Of a DNA stretch of 32,000 bases, positions 6,612 through 15,213 are shown in pieces. Numbering within the stretch: the stretch's first letter is position 1; each line of letters opens with the position of its first letter. The notes beneath the pieces were generated by a model, which worked only from the letters and a program-made list of their open reading frames with translations, did not search any database and had not been told where the DNA came from. The stretch lies in assembly GCF_000812185.1 (NCBI RefSeq), contig NZ_CP007026.1, positions 525,222-557,221 of the forward strand, read 5' to 3'. The stretch comes from Candidatus Nitrosopelagicus brevis (GTDB lineage: Archaea; Thermoproteota; Nitrososphaeria; Nitrososphaerales; Nitrosopumilaceae). The position numbers and the translations under genes were made by a program.

Positions 6612-9131
6612 ATGACGAAGTGGGCAGATTTTGTAGTCAGTGCAATCAAAAAAGGATCTGGTCTTGCAAACATCTCACATGTACAAATTCATGAAGATTT
6701 GGAACATGGTTTTGGCAGTCCTAAATTAATTGACAAATATCAGTTATCTTCAAAAATACAAAAAGGTCTCACATTTGTTACAGTTCATAAAAAAAATGAA
6801 AATGAGTGGGCAGTTGGAGAACTCATTAGAACTTATGTTAAAGATGGTGAAGCATACATCCGAACCGATGATAACAAAGTTGACGGTGACAATCTTGGTC
6901 ATATGCCAACGGTAGATGAATTAGATTTAGTTTTCAAAGAAATTAAAAAAGAAGAGCCAAAACCAATTCCTACTCCAAAACCAACACCTCCTCCAGAACC
7001 CGAACCTGAACCAGTTGTAGAAACACCTTCTCCAAAAATAAATCCAAATGATGGTGATTTTGAATATGAAGATTCTAAACGAAAATCTTTAGCAGAAGAA
7101 GCTGAAAAATCACGTTCAAACAAATCTATGCCAAAGGGCTGGAGCGAAAAACCTACAGAAAAAGAAATCATTAGTCATGAAATCAAGGAAATGAAGAAAA
7201 AATCCAAACAAAACATATCGCGAGAAAAAGAATTCTCAGATTATGAACAGAAATATCTTGAAAAATTTGAAAAGGGCAAATCAAAAAGTGATAAGTTAAA
7301 AGAAAAATTGAAAAAAACAGAACAAGAAAAACATGATGCTAGAATTTCTAGACGTATAGAACTTGAAAAAGCATCTGGAAAAGATTATGAAAAATTATTA
7401 TCTGAAAAACCAACGCCAGAAAAAGAACCTGAATCTGAGCCTGTTTCTAAGGTTGTAGAAAAAGAGATTGAAAACGAGGAGAAACCCTCAATAGAAAATC
7501 GTATTTCTAGCGTGTTTAAACGGGCAAAATCCAGTGCAAGCACTTCAAGCAAAATTGCAGATGATACTAGAAACTTCATTAGGAAAAAACGGGTTGCTAC
7601 AAAATCTGAACCAGAACCTAACCCAGAACCTAAACCCGAAGGTGGCGGTGGTCCGCATGGACATGATGAAAAATCTAAACCAAAACCTAAACAACCTAAA
7701 GAAAATCCTGATGCTGTAAAAGAAAACGCAAGAAGAGAAAAACTTGCAAAAGAAGCATTGGCAACTCGTTCTAACAAAACTTTACCAAAAGGATTCGGTC
7801 AAGAACCTCCTTCTACAGGTCCTCATGCTCATGATGAAAAACCAGATGAAAAAGAATCAACACCAAAAGATGATTCCAAAGAAGAACAACTTCAAAAAGA
7901 ATTGGCTAATGCAAAGGCTGCACAAGATGAGGCAATAAAGCGTGAACGTGAACAACATGAAAAAGAACTAGAGCAGATAAAGATCCAAATTATGGAAGAT
8001 GCACGAAAACAGGCAGAAAAAGAGGCACAGATAATTCGGGATAAATTACAAAAAGAAATTGATGATGCAAAGGCTGCACAAGAGCAATTACGCAAAGAAG
8101 TCGAAGAAATTAAACTTCTAAAAGAAAATATGGAAAAAATTAAGAACGAACAAAATACTGAAGCCAAAGCTCAAACCGAAGCTGAAGAAAGAAGAGAAAA
8201 ACTTGCAAAAGAAGCATTGGCAACTCGTTCTAACAAAACTTTACCAAAAGGATTCGGTCAAAAATCAACATCTGGCGGTCCTCATGCTCATGATGAAAAC
8301 CCAGATGAAGCAAAAGCTCAGGCTGAAGCAGAAGCAAAAGCTCAGGCTGAAGCAGAAGCAAAAGCTCAGGCTGATGCAGAAGCAAAAGCAAAAGCTCAGG
8401 CTGATGCAGAAGCAAAAGCAAAAGCCGAATCTGCACAACTCCAAAGAGAACTTGAAGAAGCCAAAGCCGAAAAAGAACAGCTAGAACGAGAAGAGGCTGA
8501 AGAAAGAGCAGCAGCTGAGGCAGAAGCAAAAGCTCAGGCTGATGCAGAAGCAAAAGCAAAAGCCGAAGCTGCACAACTCCAAAGAGAACTTGAAGAAGCC
8601 AAAGCCGAAAAAGCAAGATTAGAGAAAGAAGAGGCTGAAGAAAGAGCAGCAGCTGAGGCAGAAGCAAAAGCTCAGGCTGATGCAGAAGCAAAAGCAAAAG
8701 CCGAATCTGCACAACTCCAAAGAGAACTTGAAGAAGCCAAAGCCGAAAAAGCAAGATTAGAGAAAGAAGAGGCTGAAGAAAGAGCAGCAGCTGAGGCAGA
8801 AGCAAAAGCTCAGGCTGATGCAGAAGCAAAAGCAAAAGCCGAATCTGCACAACTCCAAAGAGAACTTGAAGAAGCCAAAGCCGAAAAAGCAAGATTAGAG
8901 AAAGAAGAAGAATCATCTAAAAATGATAACACTGATCTTGCCTCTGAACTCAAGGCTGAATTAGACAATTTACGTAAAGAACTTGAAAATGTTGATGATG
9001 AAGATTCTGACGAAGAAGATGAAAAAACTCCTGAGGATGCAAAAGAAGATTATGCTGCTAAAATGGCTAAGAAAGGTGCAACATTACCAAAAGGATTCAT
9101 CAAAGATGCAAAAGCAAACACTGGTCACTAG
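6612..9131 (+). CDS. 839-aa repeat-rich coiled-coil protein with a conserved ~100-aa N-terminal domain (DUF3892-like by recollection)
   Basis: The N-terminal domain is roughly 60% identical by eye to the whole product of 9186..9497. It is followed by a PT/PE-rich linker (PKPIPTPKPTPPPEPEPEPV), K/E-rich segments, a recurrent SNK[ST][LM]PKG[FW] motif, GPH[AG]HDE motifs and A/E/K-rich tandem repeats. No signal peptide or TM segment. Confidence 0.9.
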   Translation: MTKWADFVVSAIKKGSGLANISHVQIHEDLEHGFGSPKLIDKYQLSSKIQKGLTFVTVHKKNENEWAVGELIRTYVKDGEAYIRTDDNKVDGDNLGHMPTVDELDLVFKEIKKEEPKPIPTPKPTPPPEPEPEPVVETPSPKINPNDGDFEYEDSKRKSLAEEAEKSRSNKSMPKGWSEKPTEKEIISHEIKEMKKKSKQNISREKEFSDYEQKYLEKFEKGKSKSDKLKEKLKKTEQEKHDARISRRIELEKASGKDYEKLLSEKPTPEKEPESEPVSKVVEKEIENEEKPSIENRISSVFKRAKSSASTSSKIADDTRNFIRKKRVATKSEPEPNPEPKPEGGGGPHGHDEKSKPKPKQPKENPDAVKENARREKLAKEALATRSNKTLPKGFGQEPPSTGPHAHDEKPDEKESTPKDDSKEEQLQKELANAKAAQDEAIKREREQHEKELEQIKIQIMEDARKQAEKEAQIIRDKLQKEIDDAKAAQEQLRKEVEEIKLLKENMEKIKNEQNTEAKAQTEAEERREKLAKEALATRSNKTLPKGFGQKSTSGGPHAHDENPDEAKAQAEAEAKAQAEAEAKAQADAEAKAKAQADAEAKAKAESAQLQRELEEAKAEKEQLEREEAEERAAAEAEAKAQADAEAKAKAEAAQLQRELEEAKAEKARLEKEEAEERAAAEAEAKAQADAEAKAKAESAQLQRELEEAKAEKARLEKEEAEERAAAEAEAKAQADAEAKAKAESAQLQRELEEAKAEKARLEKEEESSKNDNTDLASELKAELDNLRKELENVDDEDSDEEDEKTPEDAKEDYAAKMAKKGATLPKGFIKDAKANTGH
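7731..7802 (+). repeat. Intragenic dispersed duplicate, copy 1 (72 nt identical to 8190..8261)
   Basis: agaagagaaaaacttgcaaaagaagcattggcaactcgttctaacaaaactttaccaaaaggattcggtcaa, encoding RREKLAKEALATRSNKTLPKGFGQ. A second identical block, ggtcctcatgctcatgatgaaaa, follows about 17 nt later in both copies. Confidence 0.9.
8190..8261 (+). repeat. Intragenic dispersed duplicate, copy 2
   Basis: Identical 72-nt string to 7731..7802. Confidence 0.9.
8307..8426 (+). repeat. Short tandem repeat, 24-nt unit gaagcaaaagctcaggctga(a/t)gca (EAKAQAEA), with two 30-nt variant units
   Basis: Units start at 8307, 8331, 8355, 8379 and 8409. In frame within the 839-aa CDS. Confidence 0.85.
8490..8903 (+). repeat. 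Three tandem copies of a 138-bp (46-codon) unit
   Basis: Units start at 8490, 8628 and 8766. Copies 2 and 3 are identical. Copy 1 differs at one base (gaagct vs gaatct, A vs S). Encodes EEAEERAAAEAEAKAQADAEAKAKAE(A/S)AQLQRELEEAKAEKARLEK. A partial, more diverged copy precedes it (about 8400-8489). Confidence 0.95.
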
Positions 9132-9156
9132 AAACTAGTTTGAAACCTGTCAAAAA

Positions 9157-9163
9157 TTATATA
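9157..9163 (+). promoter_or_regulatory. TATA box TTATATA, 29 nt upstream of ATG 9186
   Basis: Position and sequence. Confidence 0.55.
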
Positions 9164-9185
9164 CTCATTTCAAATCTCAAGAACT

Positions 9186-9497
9186 ATGAGTAAATGGGCT
9201 GATTTTGTAGTTAGTGGAATAAAGAAGGGTCCAGGTCTTGCTAACATAACTCATGTACAAGTCCATGAAGATTTTGAAGGCCAGTTTGGAAAACCAGAAA
9301 TAATTGATAAGAAAACCCTTGCCTCTCATATCAAAAAAGGGAAAAAATACATCACAATATATAAAAAAAATGAAACTGATTGGGAACCTGGTGAAATAAT
9401 TAACGCTTATGTTCTAAATGGTGAAACCCATATTCGAACTGATAGTAATAAAGTAGATGGTGACCGTTTAGGTACACTACCTGAAATTGAATCTTAA
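9186..9497 (+). CDS. 103-aa stand-alone paralog of the N-terminal domain of the 839-aa protein (DUF3892-like by recollection)
   Basis: MSKWADFVVSGIKKGPGLANITHVQVHED...HIRTDSNKVDGDRLGTLPE aligns end to end with residues 1-103 of 6612..9131. It has its own TATA box. Confidence 0.85.
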   Translation: MSKWADFVVSGIKKGPGLANITHVQVHEDFEGQFGKPEIIDKKTLASHIKKGKKYITIYKKNETDWEPGEIINAYVLNGETHIRTDSNKVDGDRLGTLPEIES

Positions 9498-9501
9498 TAT
9501 T
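9494..9501 (+). promoter_or_regulatory. TATA-like box TTAATATT, 28 nt upstream of GTG 9522 (37 nt upstream of ATG 9531)
   Basis: The spacing favours GTG 9522 as a leaderless start. Confidence 0.4.
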
Positions 9502-9521
9502 TAGATAAGCCATTTTTTTGA

Positions 9522-12026
9522 GTGTATACAATGGGAATATCTGAAATAAATTATGATATACAGTTTGAACCTCTTTTTTCCAACTTCACTTTCAAAGGAA
9601 TGGAAATTTTATCGTTTAAAACAACCCCTTCAAACAAATTTGTATTAAATTGTGCTGAAATAAAAATAAAAAAATGCTACATACTCTCTAAAAATAAAAC
9701 AATTGATGTTAATTTCAAACTCGATGCAAAAAAGGAATCTCTTTCTATTGTTTCTAAAAGTAAAGTTTCGGGAAAAATTAAACTCTGTATTGAATATACT
9801 GGAATTCTAAATGATCGTTTATTGGGATTTTATCGCAGTAAATACACTGATCCTTCTGGTAAAACCAAATACATGGCTACCACTCAATTTGAGGCAGCTG
9901 ATGCACGAAGAGCATTTCCATGTTGGGATGAACCTGCCACAAAAGCTACTTTTGATGTTTCACTTTTAGTAGAGAAAAATTACATGGCAATCTCAAATAT
10001 GCCTGTAAGAAAAAAACAAAACTTTGGCTCAAAAATCATTTATGAATTTGAGCGTACTCCGATAATGTCTACTTATCTTCTATATCTTGGAGTTGGTGAA
10101 TTTGAATATGTAGAAACCAAATTAAGGAATATCCAAATTCGTGTCCTAACAACAAAAGGTAACAAGAATAAAGCAAAACTATCTTTAGAATTAACAAAAA
10201 AATTCCTTGGTGAATATGAAAAATATTTTGGAATAAAATACCCATTACCTAAACTTGACATGCTTGCAATACCTGATTTTGCTGCAGGCGCAATGGAGAA
10301 TTGGGGTGCAATTACCTTCCGTGAAACTATTTTACTGTATGATCCAAAGACATCTTCTACTAAAACCAAGCAATTCATTGCTGAAGTCATATCACATGAA
10401 TTGGCACATCAATGGTTTGGTAATCTAGTTACTATGAAATGGTGGAATGATTTGTGGCTAAATGAGAGTTTTGCTACCTTCATGGCAACAAAAATTGTAG
10501 ATAAATTCTATCCTGAATGGGATTTGTGGGACCAATTCTTAGAGGATGCAATGAATACTGCAATGTCTCTTGATGCATTAAAAACCTCTCATCCTATTGA
10601 TGTTAAAGTAAATCATCCTTCTGAAATAAGGGAAATTTTCGATTCTATTTCTTATGATAAAGGAGGATGTGTTTTACGAATGCTAGAAAATTTTGTAACT
10701 GATAAGAACTTTCAAAAAGGTCTACAAAAATATCTCAAAAAATATGAATACTCAAATGCAGAAGGTCGTGATTTATGGAAATCAATAGGTGAGGTAGCAA
10801 AAAAACCAATTGACAAAATAATGAGCACTTGGATTGATCAAGTTGGTTTTCCTATTGTTTCAGTAACTCGAAAGGGATCACAACTTTCTCTAAAACAATC
10901 TCGTTATCTTTTAGAAGAAACAAAGACCAGTAAAAAAGGAATCTGGAAAATACCTTTGATTGTAGATGAAGGTGATGTATCCACTTCTCATATAATGGAT
11001 AAAAAATCTCAATCAATAAAACTGAAAAATAAAGAACGAAATTTCATAATCAATTCAGGTCGAACCGGATTTTATAGGATGGATTATGATTCTGAAACCT
11101 TGGATAATCTCTCTCTTCTAATTGATGAAAAAATACTAAATTATGTGGATAGATGGAGTATTCAAAATGACTATTATTCACAATGTGTGACTGGAAAGAA
11201 GAAAGTACAGGACTATCTAGATTTCACAAATGCGTATTTTGATGAGGATAACTACATTTCATCTCTAAATTTGGCTCAACATCTCTATTCATTATATTCA
11301 TTAACTCATAAGGAAAAATTTTCAGATGAGATTAAGCAATATTCATTTAATTTCCTTAGAACCATTTTTGATCGTTTAGGCTGGGATGCAAAAAAGAATG
11401 AGCCTCACACCAATGCACTTTTGAGAAGCTTTGCAATTTCTGGATTGGGAAAACTTGGTGATGAAGAAATATTAAAAGAATCAAAAAGAAGATTTGATAA
11501 ATTTTTGAAAAACCAAAATAGCTTATCAGCTGATCTTCAAGAAACAGTTTTTGTTTTAGTTGCATGGAGTGGAAATGAAACTACATACAAAAAATTCACA
11601 TCCTTATACAAAAAGGCAAAATCACAAGAGGAAAAACTTAGATTTTTAGCCGCAATGTGTAATTTCCAACAAAAAAATCTCTTACTAAAAACATTAGAGT
11701 TTACTTTAGGTCCTGATGTTCGTTCACAAAACATCCAAATGCCGATTATGAGAATTGCAGCAAATCTTTATGGTAAAGAATTCTTATGGGTGTGGCTAAA
11801 AAAGAACTGGAAAAAAATTGTCAAAAAGGCCGGAATTGGCAATCCATTATTAAATAGAGTTGTTGCAAGTATTGGTCAGGTTATCGAAGCAAAACAAGAA
11901 AAAGAAATTCGTAAATTCTTCAAAGATAATCCTTTGCGTGGAACTGAAATGACATTGGAACAAACTATGGAGCGAGTACGTGTTTCTTCTAAATTCCTAA
12001 ATTCCATAAAAAAGGAATTTTCATAA
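9522..12026 (+). CDS. M1-family zinc aminopeptidase (tricorn-interacting factor F2/F3-like)
   Basis: GAMENWG exopeptidase motif and HELAHQWFGNLVTMKWWNDLWLNESFA (HExxH-x18-E), followed by a long C-terminal ERAP1-like helical domain. The start is either GTG 9522 or ATG 9531. Confidence 0.93.
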   Translation: MYTMGISEINYDIQFEPLFSNFTFKGMEILSFKTTPSNKFVLNCAEIKIKKCYILSKNKTIDVNFKLDAKKESLSIVSKSKVSGKIKLCIEYTGILNDRLLGFYRSKYTDPSGKTKYMATTQFEAADARRAFPCWDEPATKATFDVSLLVEKNYMAISNMPVRKKQNFGSKIIYEFERTPIMSTYLLYLGVGEFEYVETKLRNIQIRVLTTKGNKNKAKLSLELTKKFLGEYEKYFGIKYPLPKLDMLAIPDFAAGAMENWGAITFRETILLYDPKTSSTKTKQFIAEVISHELAHQWFGNLVTMKWWNDLWLNESFATFMATKIVDKFYPEWDLWDQFLEDAMNTAMSLDALKTSHPIDVKVNHPSEIREIFDSISYDKGGCVLRMLENFVTDKNFQKGLQKYLKKYEYSNAEGRDLWKSIGEVAKKPIDKIMSTWIDQVGFPIVSVTRKGSQLSLKQSRYLLEETKTSKKGIWKIPLIVDEGDVSTSHIMDKKSQSIKLKNKERNFIINSGRTGFYRMDYDSETLDNLSLLIDEKILNYVDRWSIQNDYYSQCVTGKKKVQDYLDFTNAYFDEDNYISSLNLAQHLYSLYSLTHKEKFSDEIKQYSFNFLRTIFDRLGWDAKKNEPHTNALLRSFAISGLGKLGDEEILKESKRRFDKFLKNQNSLSADLQETVFVLVAWSGNETTYKKFTSLYKKAKSQEEKLRFLAAMCNFQQKNLLLKTLEFTLGPDVRSQNIQMPIMRIAANLYGKEFLWVWLKKNWKKIVKKAGIGNPLLNRVVASIGQVIEAKQEKEIRKFFKDNPLRGTEMTLEQTMERVRVSSKFLNSIKKEFS

Positions 12027-12437
12027 TTGATTGCCCCAAGAAATTTTTTAGTGATCCTAATTGCTACTCTTTCTGTTAGTGTTGTAATTCTCTTAAATTC
12101 TAATTATGAAAATGAAGATTTTGATAATTTCACGTTTGACGCTGTATATCTGAAAGACAGTAATTCTGTATTGATCACTTTTGATGATACAAACCAAAAA
12201 TCTTCTTTTGCAATACTGGAAATTTTAGGTATGGAAAAAACATTCCATGAAGAATTTACGATTTCAGATTCTAATTTTTCAAAATTGGTTCCTATTGATA
12301 ATATTCCAAAATATGGCTGGAAGACTACACCTGTAACCCTGGAAATTACTTATGATGAATCTGTGGTTTACATGAAAACCGAAATTCATGAAGAAGATCA
12401 AATTTCACCTACTGTGATTTTTGGGAAAAATGACTAA
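12027..12437 (+). CDS. Hypothetical N-terminally anchored/secreted protein
   Basis: TTG start immediately after the aminopeptidase stop. N-terminal hydrophobic segment FLVILIATLSVSVVILL. No recognisable motif. Confidence 0.55.
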   Translation: MIAPRNFLVILIATLSVSVVILLNSNYENEDFDNFTFDAVYLKDSNSVLITFDDTNQKSSFAILEILGMEKTFHEEFTISDSNFSKLVPIDNIPKYGWKTTPVTLEITYDESVVYMKTEIHEEDQISPTVIFGKND

Positions 12438-12468
12438 TTTTGGCACCAGTTTATGAAATTAGCATTAG

Positions 12469-12476
12469 TTTTATAC
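12469..12476 (+). promoter_or_regulatory. TATA box TTTTATAC, 28 nt upstream of ATG 12497
   Basis: The same octamer occurs at 25558 and on the minus strand at 25461-25454. Confidence 0.55.
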
Positions 12477-12496
12477 TCCGTTAAGGGCATAAGATT

Positions 12497-13438
12497 ATGA
12501 AAAAATTAGGAATTGGATTACTTGCACTTTCAATATCTCTTGCAATGACTGGTATCGGATTTGATAATGCATTTGCTGAAGAAATTAAGATTGAAAATGG
12601 TCGCGGTTCATCCCAGCCGGGATGCGAGGTAACAAACCTATGTTTTGTACCTGCAATTGCAACTGCAAACGTTGGTGATAAAATAATATTTTTGAATGGA
12701 GATGATGCTCCACATACTTCAACTAGCGGTAATCCTACAAGTGGACCTGATGGTATCTGGGATAGTGGATTACAGCAACCTGGAGTAGATTTTGTATTTA
12801 TGGCAACTACCCCTGGAACTTTTGATTATTTCTGTATGGTCCATCCGTGGATGGCTGGACAACTGGTAATCTTAGCTGCTGATTCAGAAACCTCTAATGA
12901 CATAATTTCTAACTATGGAACCTCAGTTGATCAAACTGAATCAATGATTTATGGTGATACCACACCTGAAATATCTAAAAAAGATCCAGGAGCTGTGAAT
13001 GAAGTATTTGCAAACATCGTTACAAGTGATGCTTCAAAAGGCTCTCCTCTAACAATTGAAGTCGAATTTATGGAATCAGATGGATTTGTTATCAATCATG
13101 TAAATTATGACATAACTGTATCTCAAAATGGTGAAATAATACTTGCTGACAATGGTGCACACCGTCACTTGTTCAAATATCCTGTACACACTACTGATGA
13201 ATTAGAATTTGATCCTAAAGAACATCCTGTTGACATTGATGTAACATTTCAAGGAATTGGTCACTTTGTTGGTTCATTAACTGAAGAATCAATACTAGGA
13301 GTTTACGGTCCTATTGGAACGACATCTACTTTTCAAGTAGTTCCTGAGTTTGGTGTAATTGTATCACTAGTACTAGTAATTTCAATTACTGCAGTTATTG
13401 GATTCTCTGCTAAAACAAGATTAATACAAAAATTCTAG
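12497..13438 (+). CDS. Secreted blue-copper (cupredoxin/plastocyanin-like) protein with an extra domain and a PEFG-CTERM anchor
   Basis: Signal peptide MKKLGIGLLALSISLAMTG. Type-1 Cu ligand pattern: PHTSTSG ... YFCMVHPWMAGQLVI (H...C-x2-H-x2-M). The C-terminus VPEFGVIVSLVLVISITAVIGFSAKTR matches the PEFG-CTERM sorting signal as I recall it. Confidence 0.85.
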   Translation: MKKLGIGLLALSISLAMTGIGFDNAFAEEIKIENGRGSSQPGCEVTNLCFVPAIATANVGDKIIFLNGDDAPHTSTSGNPTSGPDGIWDSGLQQPGVDFVFMATTPGTFDYFCMVHPWMAGQLVILAADSETSNDIISNYGTSVDQTESMIYGDTTPEISKKDPGAVNEVFANIVTSDASKGSPLTIEVEFMESDGFVINHVNYDITVSQNGEIILADNGAHRHLFKYPVHTTDELEFDPKEHPVDIDVTFQGIGHFVGSLTEESILGVYGPIGTTSTFQVVPEFGVIVSLVLVISITAVIGFSAKTRLIQKF

Positions 13439-13860
13439 AATTCTTCTCTCAAATTCTTTAACGATTGAGCATAAAAATTGGATAAAAATTCCACAAATTC
13501 ATCAAACTCACCTTTTGTTGTTTTTGCTGCAAAGTATGACTCCCATGTGACCTTGACTGACTTTGTTTTATTTTTCTCAATAGATATTGTAGCATGATAT
13601 GCTTCTAACGGTAATCCCGAAACTGCAATATATGAAAAATATTCTTTTGGTTTCCAACCTACAACATGTTCTTCAACCTTTGAGCCATCTTCAAATGAGA
13701 TTAAACGTTTAGCCCCAACTCCTGTCTTTTTATCTCCTAAGAATTTTGTTGATTTTTGACCTTGTAACCAATCCAGTTTTGCAATTTTACTAATTTTTGT
13801 CCATGCTTTTTCCAAATCCGTTTGAATAATTACCGATTTTTTAACTGAACCTGAATTCAT
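13435..13860 (-). CDS. SRPBCC (START/Bet v1-like, polyketide-cyclase-type) family protein
   Basis: About 140 aa with the typical pattern: (I)QTDLEKAWTKISK near the N-terminus, alternating beta segments, and a long C-terminal helix. I prefer ATG 13860 (MNSGS) over 13872 because the shared TATA element at 13884-13892 would be too close to 13872. Confidence 0.6.
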   Translation of the reverse strand: MNSGSVKKSVIIQTDLEKAWTKISKIAKLDWLQGQKSTKFLGDKKTGVGAKRLISFEDGSKVEEHVVGWKPKEYFSYIAVSGLPLEAYHATISIEKNKTKSVKVTWESYFAAKTTKGEFDEFVEFLSNFYAQSLKNLREEF

Positions 13861-13883
13861 ATTGTCACACAATACTTCTCAAA

Positions 13884-13892
13884 TTTATATAA
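13884..13892. promoter_or_regulatory. Palindromic TATA element TTTATATAA, possibly serving both divergent genes
   Basis: Lies 31 nt upstream of ATG 13915 (+) and about 32 nt upstream of ATG 13860 (-). Confidence 0.5.
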
Positions 13893-13914
13893 TTCAATTA
13901 TTGATCTTCTGATT

Positions 13915-15213
13915 ATGGTTTTTGGTTGGGGCAAAAAAAAGAAAGTAGAGTATGAAGAACCAGCAGAACCTGTAAACTCTTCTCCTCAAAATATCAATTT
14001 AGATGAAATTCCAAAAATTTTGAATGATATTGTTATCCTTAGAAAAGGCACTTTGGCATCTGAAATAAAATCTCATAGAAATAGAATTGATCCTCAAAGA
14101 GAAGTCATACTAAAAATTGCAAATGAATTATCTGAAGACGAATTAGATCCTGACAAACTTGATCCTCATTTTCAGATAATGGTTAATCGTGGAAAAAAAG
14201 AGGTTATTTCAGCAATAAAAAAAGAATTTGGAACTCCTTTTCCTGATATTAATAACGCCGATGATGTCATGCGATTCAAAAAAGCATCTACCGCTGGAAT
14301 AAACAAAGTGGGCGATATGCTTGGAAAACATTCTAAAGTCATTCACCATTTTGCACCGAAATATTCTAAAAAACTCACAAACGATCTAAAAGAACTTTCT
14401 GATGATCTAAAAGAGGTGGATGAACTAATTGATATTTTCAATATCACTGAAAATTCTGTTCAAACCATTAACGAATTATTATCTTCTAGAGAAAAAACAT
14501 TAGAAAAATTATCTAAACGTGAGTTACGTGTTAACGAATTAAAATCATCTCTTGCTGAGAAGAATGACAATATTACAAAATTTGAAAATGAAATAAAAGA
14601 TATCGAAAACTCTCCTAATTACAAGGAATATACCGATGTAAAATCTCAATTATCTGAATGTGATTCTGAAGAAGTAAAAATTCGTCATCATGTCAATGAT
14701 GAGTTTACCAAAATTTCGAGACCTCTTGGAAAATTCGTTCATATCTCCTCTCATGATAAAGAATTAAAGGATCTAACTGCAACATTAGCATCTTCTCCTT
14801 ATGATGTGTTGGACACTGCAAACATTCCTGGAATTAAAAATATACTTGATTCTATAACTACTGGTATTGATTCTGGTTCTGTTTCTGTAAAAGATATCTC
14901 AAAATCAAAAGATAGTATAGTTGAAATTAAAAATATAATTCCTACACTAATCTCCACAAAAGAAAAATTTGAAACAAAAAAACATGAATTTACCTCAAAG
15001 CTTGAAAACTTTGATTCCAAATCTCTTCAAACTGCTGAAAAGAACTTAAAACATGAGGAATCTGATGTCTCTGACATTTCATCAAAATTGAAGGTATTTG
15101 AAGAGGAAACTCTTGAACTCACTCATGCTTTACCTACAATTTTACATGAAATTGAAACAAATCTCAAAGATGTTACCGCCACATCATATACAATTTCATT
15201 AGATGATCAATGA
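13915..15213 (+). CDS. 432-aa coiled-coil protein of unknown function
   Basis: Long heptad-like K/E/L/I/N-rich segments (e.g. REKTLEKLSKRELRVNELKSSLAEKNDNITKFENEIKDIEN). No enzymatic motif seen. Its stop overlaps the start of the JAMM gene (ATGA at 15210-15213). Confidence 0.8.
   Translation: MVFGWGKKKKVEYEEPAEPVNSSPQNINLDEIPKILNDIVILRKGTLASEIKSHRNRIDPQREVILKIANELSEDELDPDKLDPHFQIMVNRGKKEVISAIKKEFGTPFPDINNADDVMRFKKASTAGINKVGDMLGKHSKVIHHFAPKYSKKLTNDLKELSDDLKEVDELIDIFNITENSVQTINELLSSREKTLEKLSKRELRVNELKSSLAEKNDNITKFENEIKDIENSPNYKEYTDVKSQLSECDSEEVKIRHHVNDEFTKISRPLGKFVHISSHDKELKDLTATLASSPYDVLDTANIPGIKNILDSITTGIDSGSVSVKDISKSKDSIVEIKNIIPTLISTKEKFETKKHEFTSKLENFDSKSLQTAEKNLKHEESDVSDISSKLKVFEEETLELTHALPTILHEIETNLKDVTATSYTISLDDQ

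Noticed and set aside
6730-8484. Several 61-130-aa ORFs on both strands within the 839-aa gene
   Set aside because: These are alternative-frame or antisense products of low-complexity repeat DNA. None has independent support.
8300-8910. Regularly spaced repeats that could superficially suggest a CRISPR-like array
   Set aside because: The repeats are contiguous with no unique spacers, stay in frame inside a long CDS, and encode a coiled-coil repeat.
8230-8916. 228-aa minus-strand ORF, extremely Leu/Gln-rich and itself repetitive
   Set aside because: It is the antisense reading of the A/E/K-rich tandem repeats. Its periodicity only mirrors the plus-strand repeat, and it has no promoter or plausible protein features.
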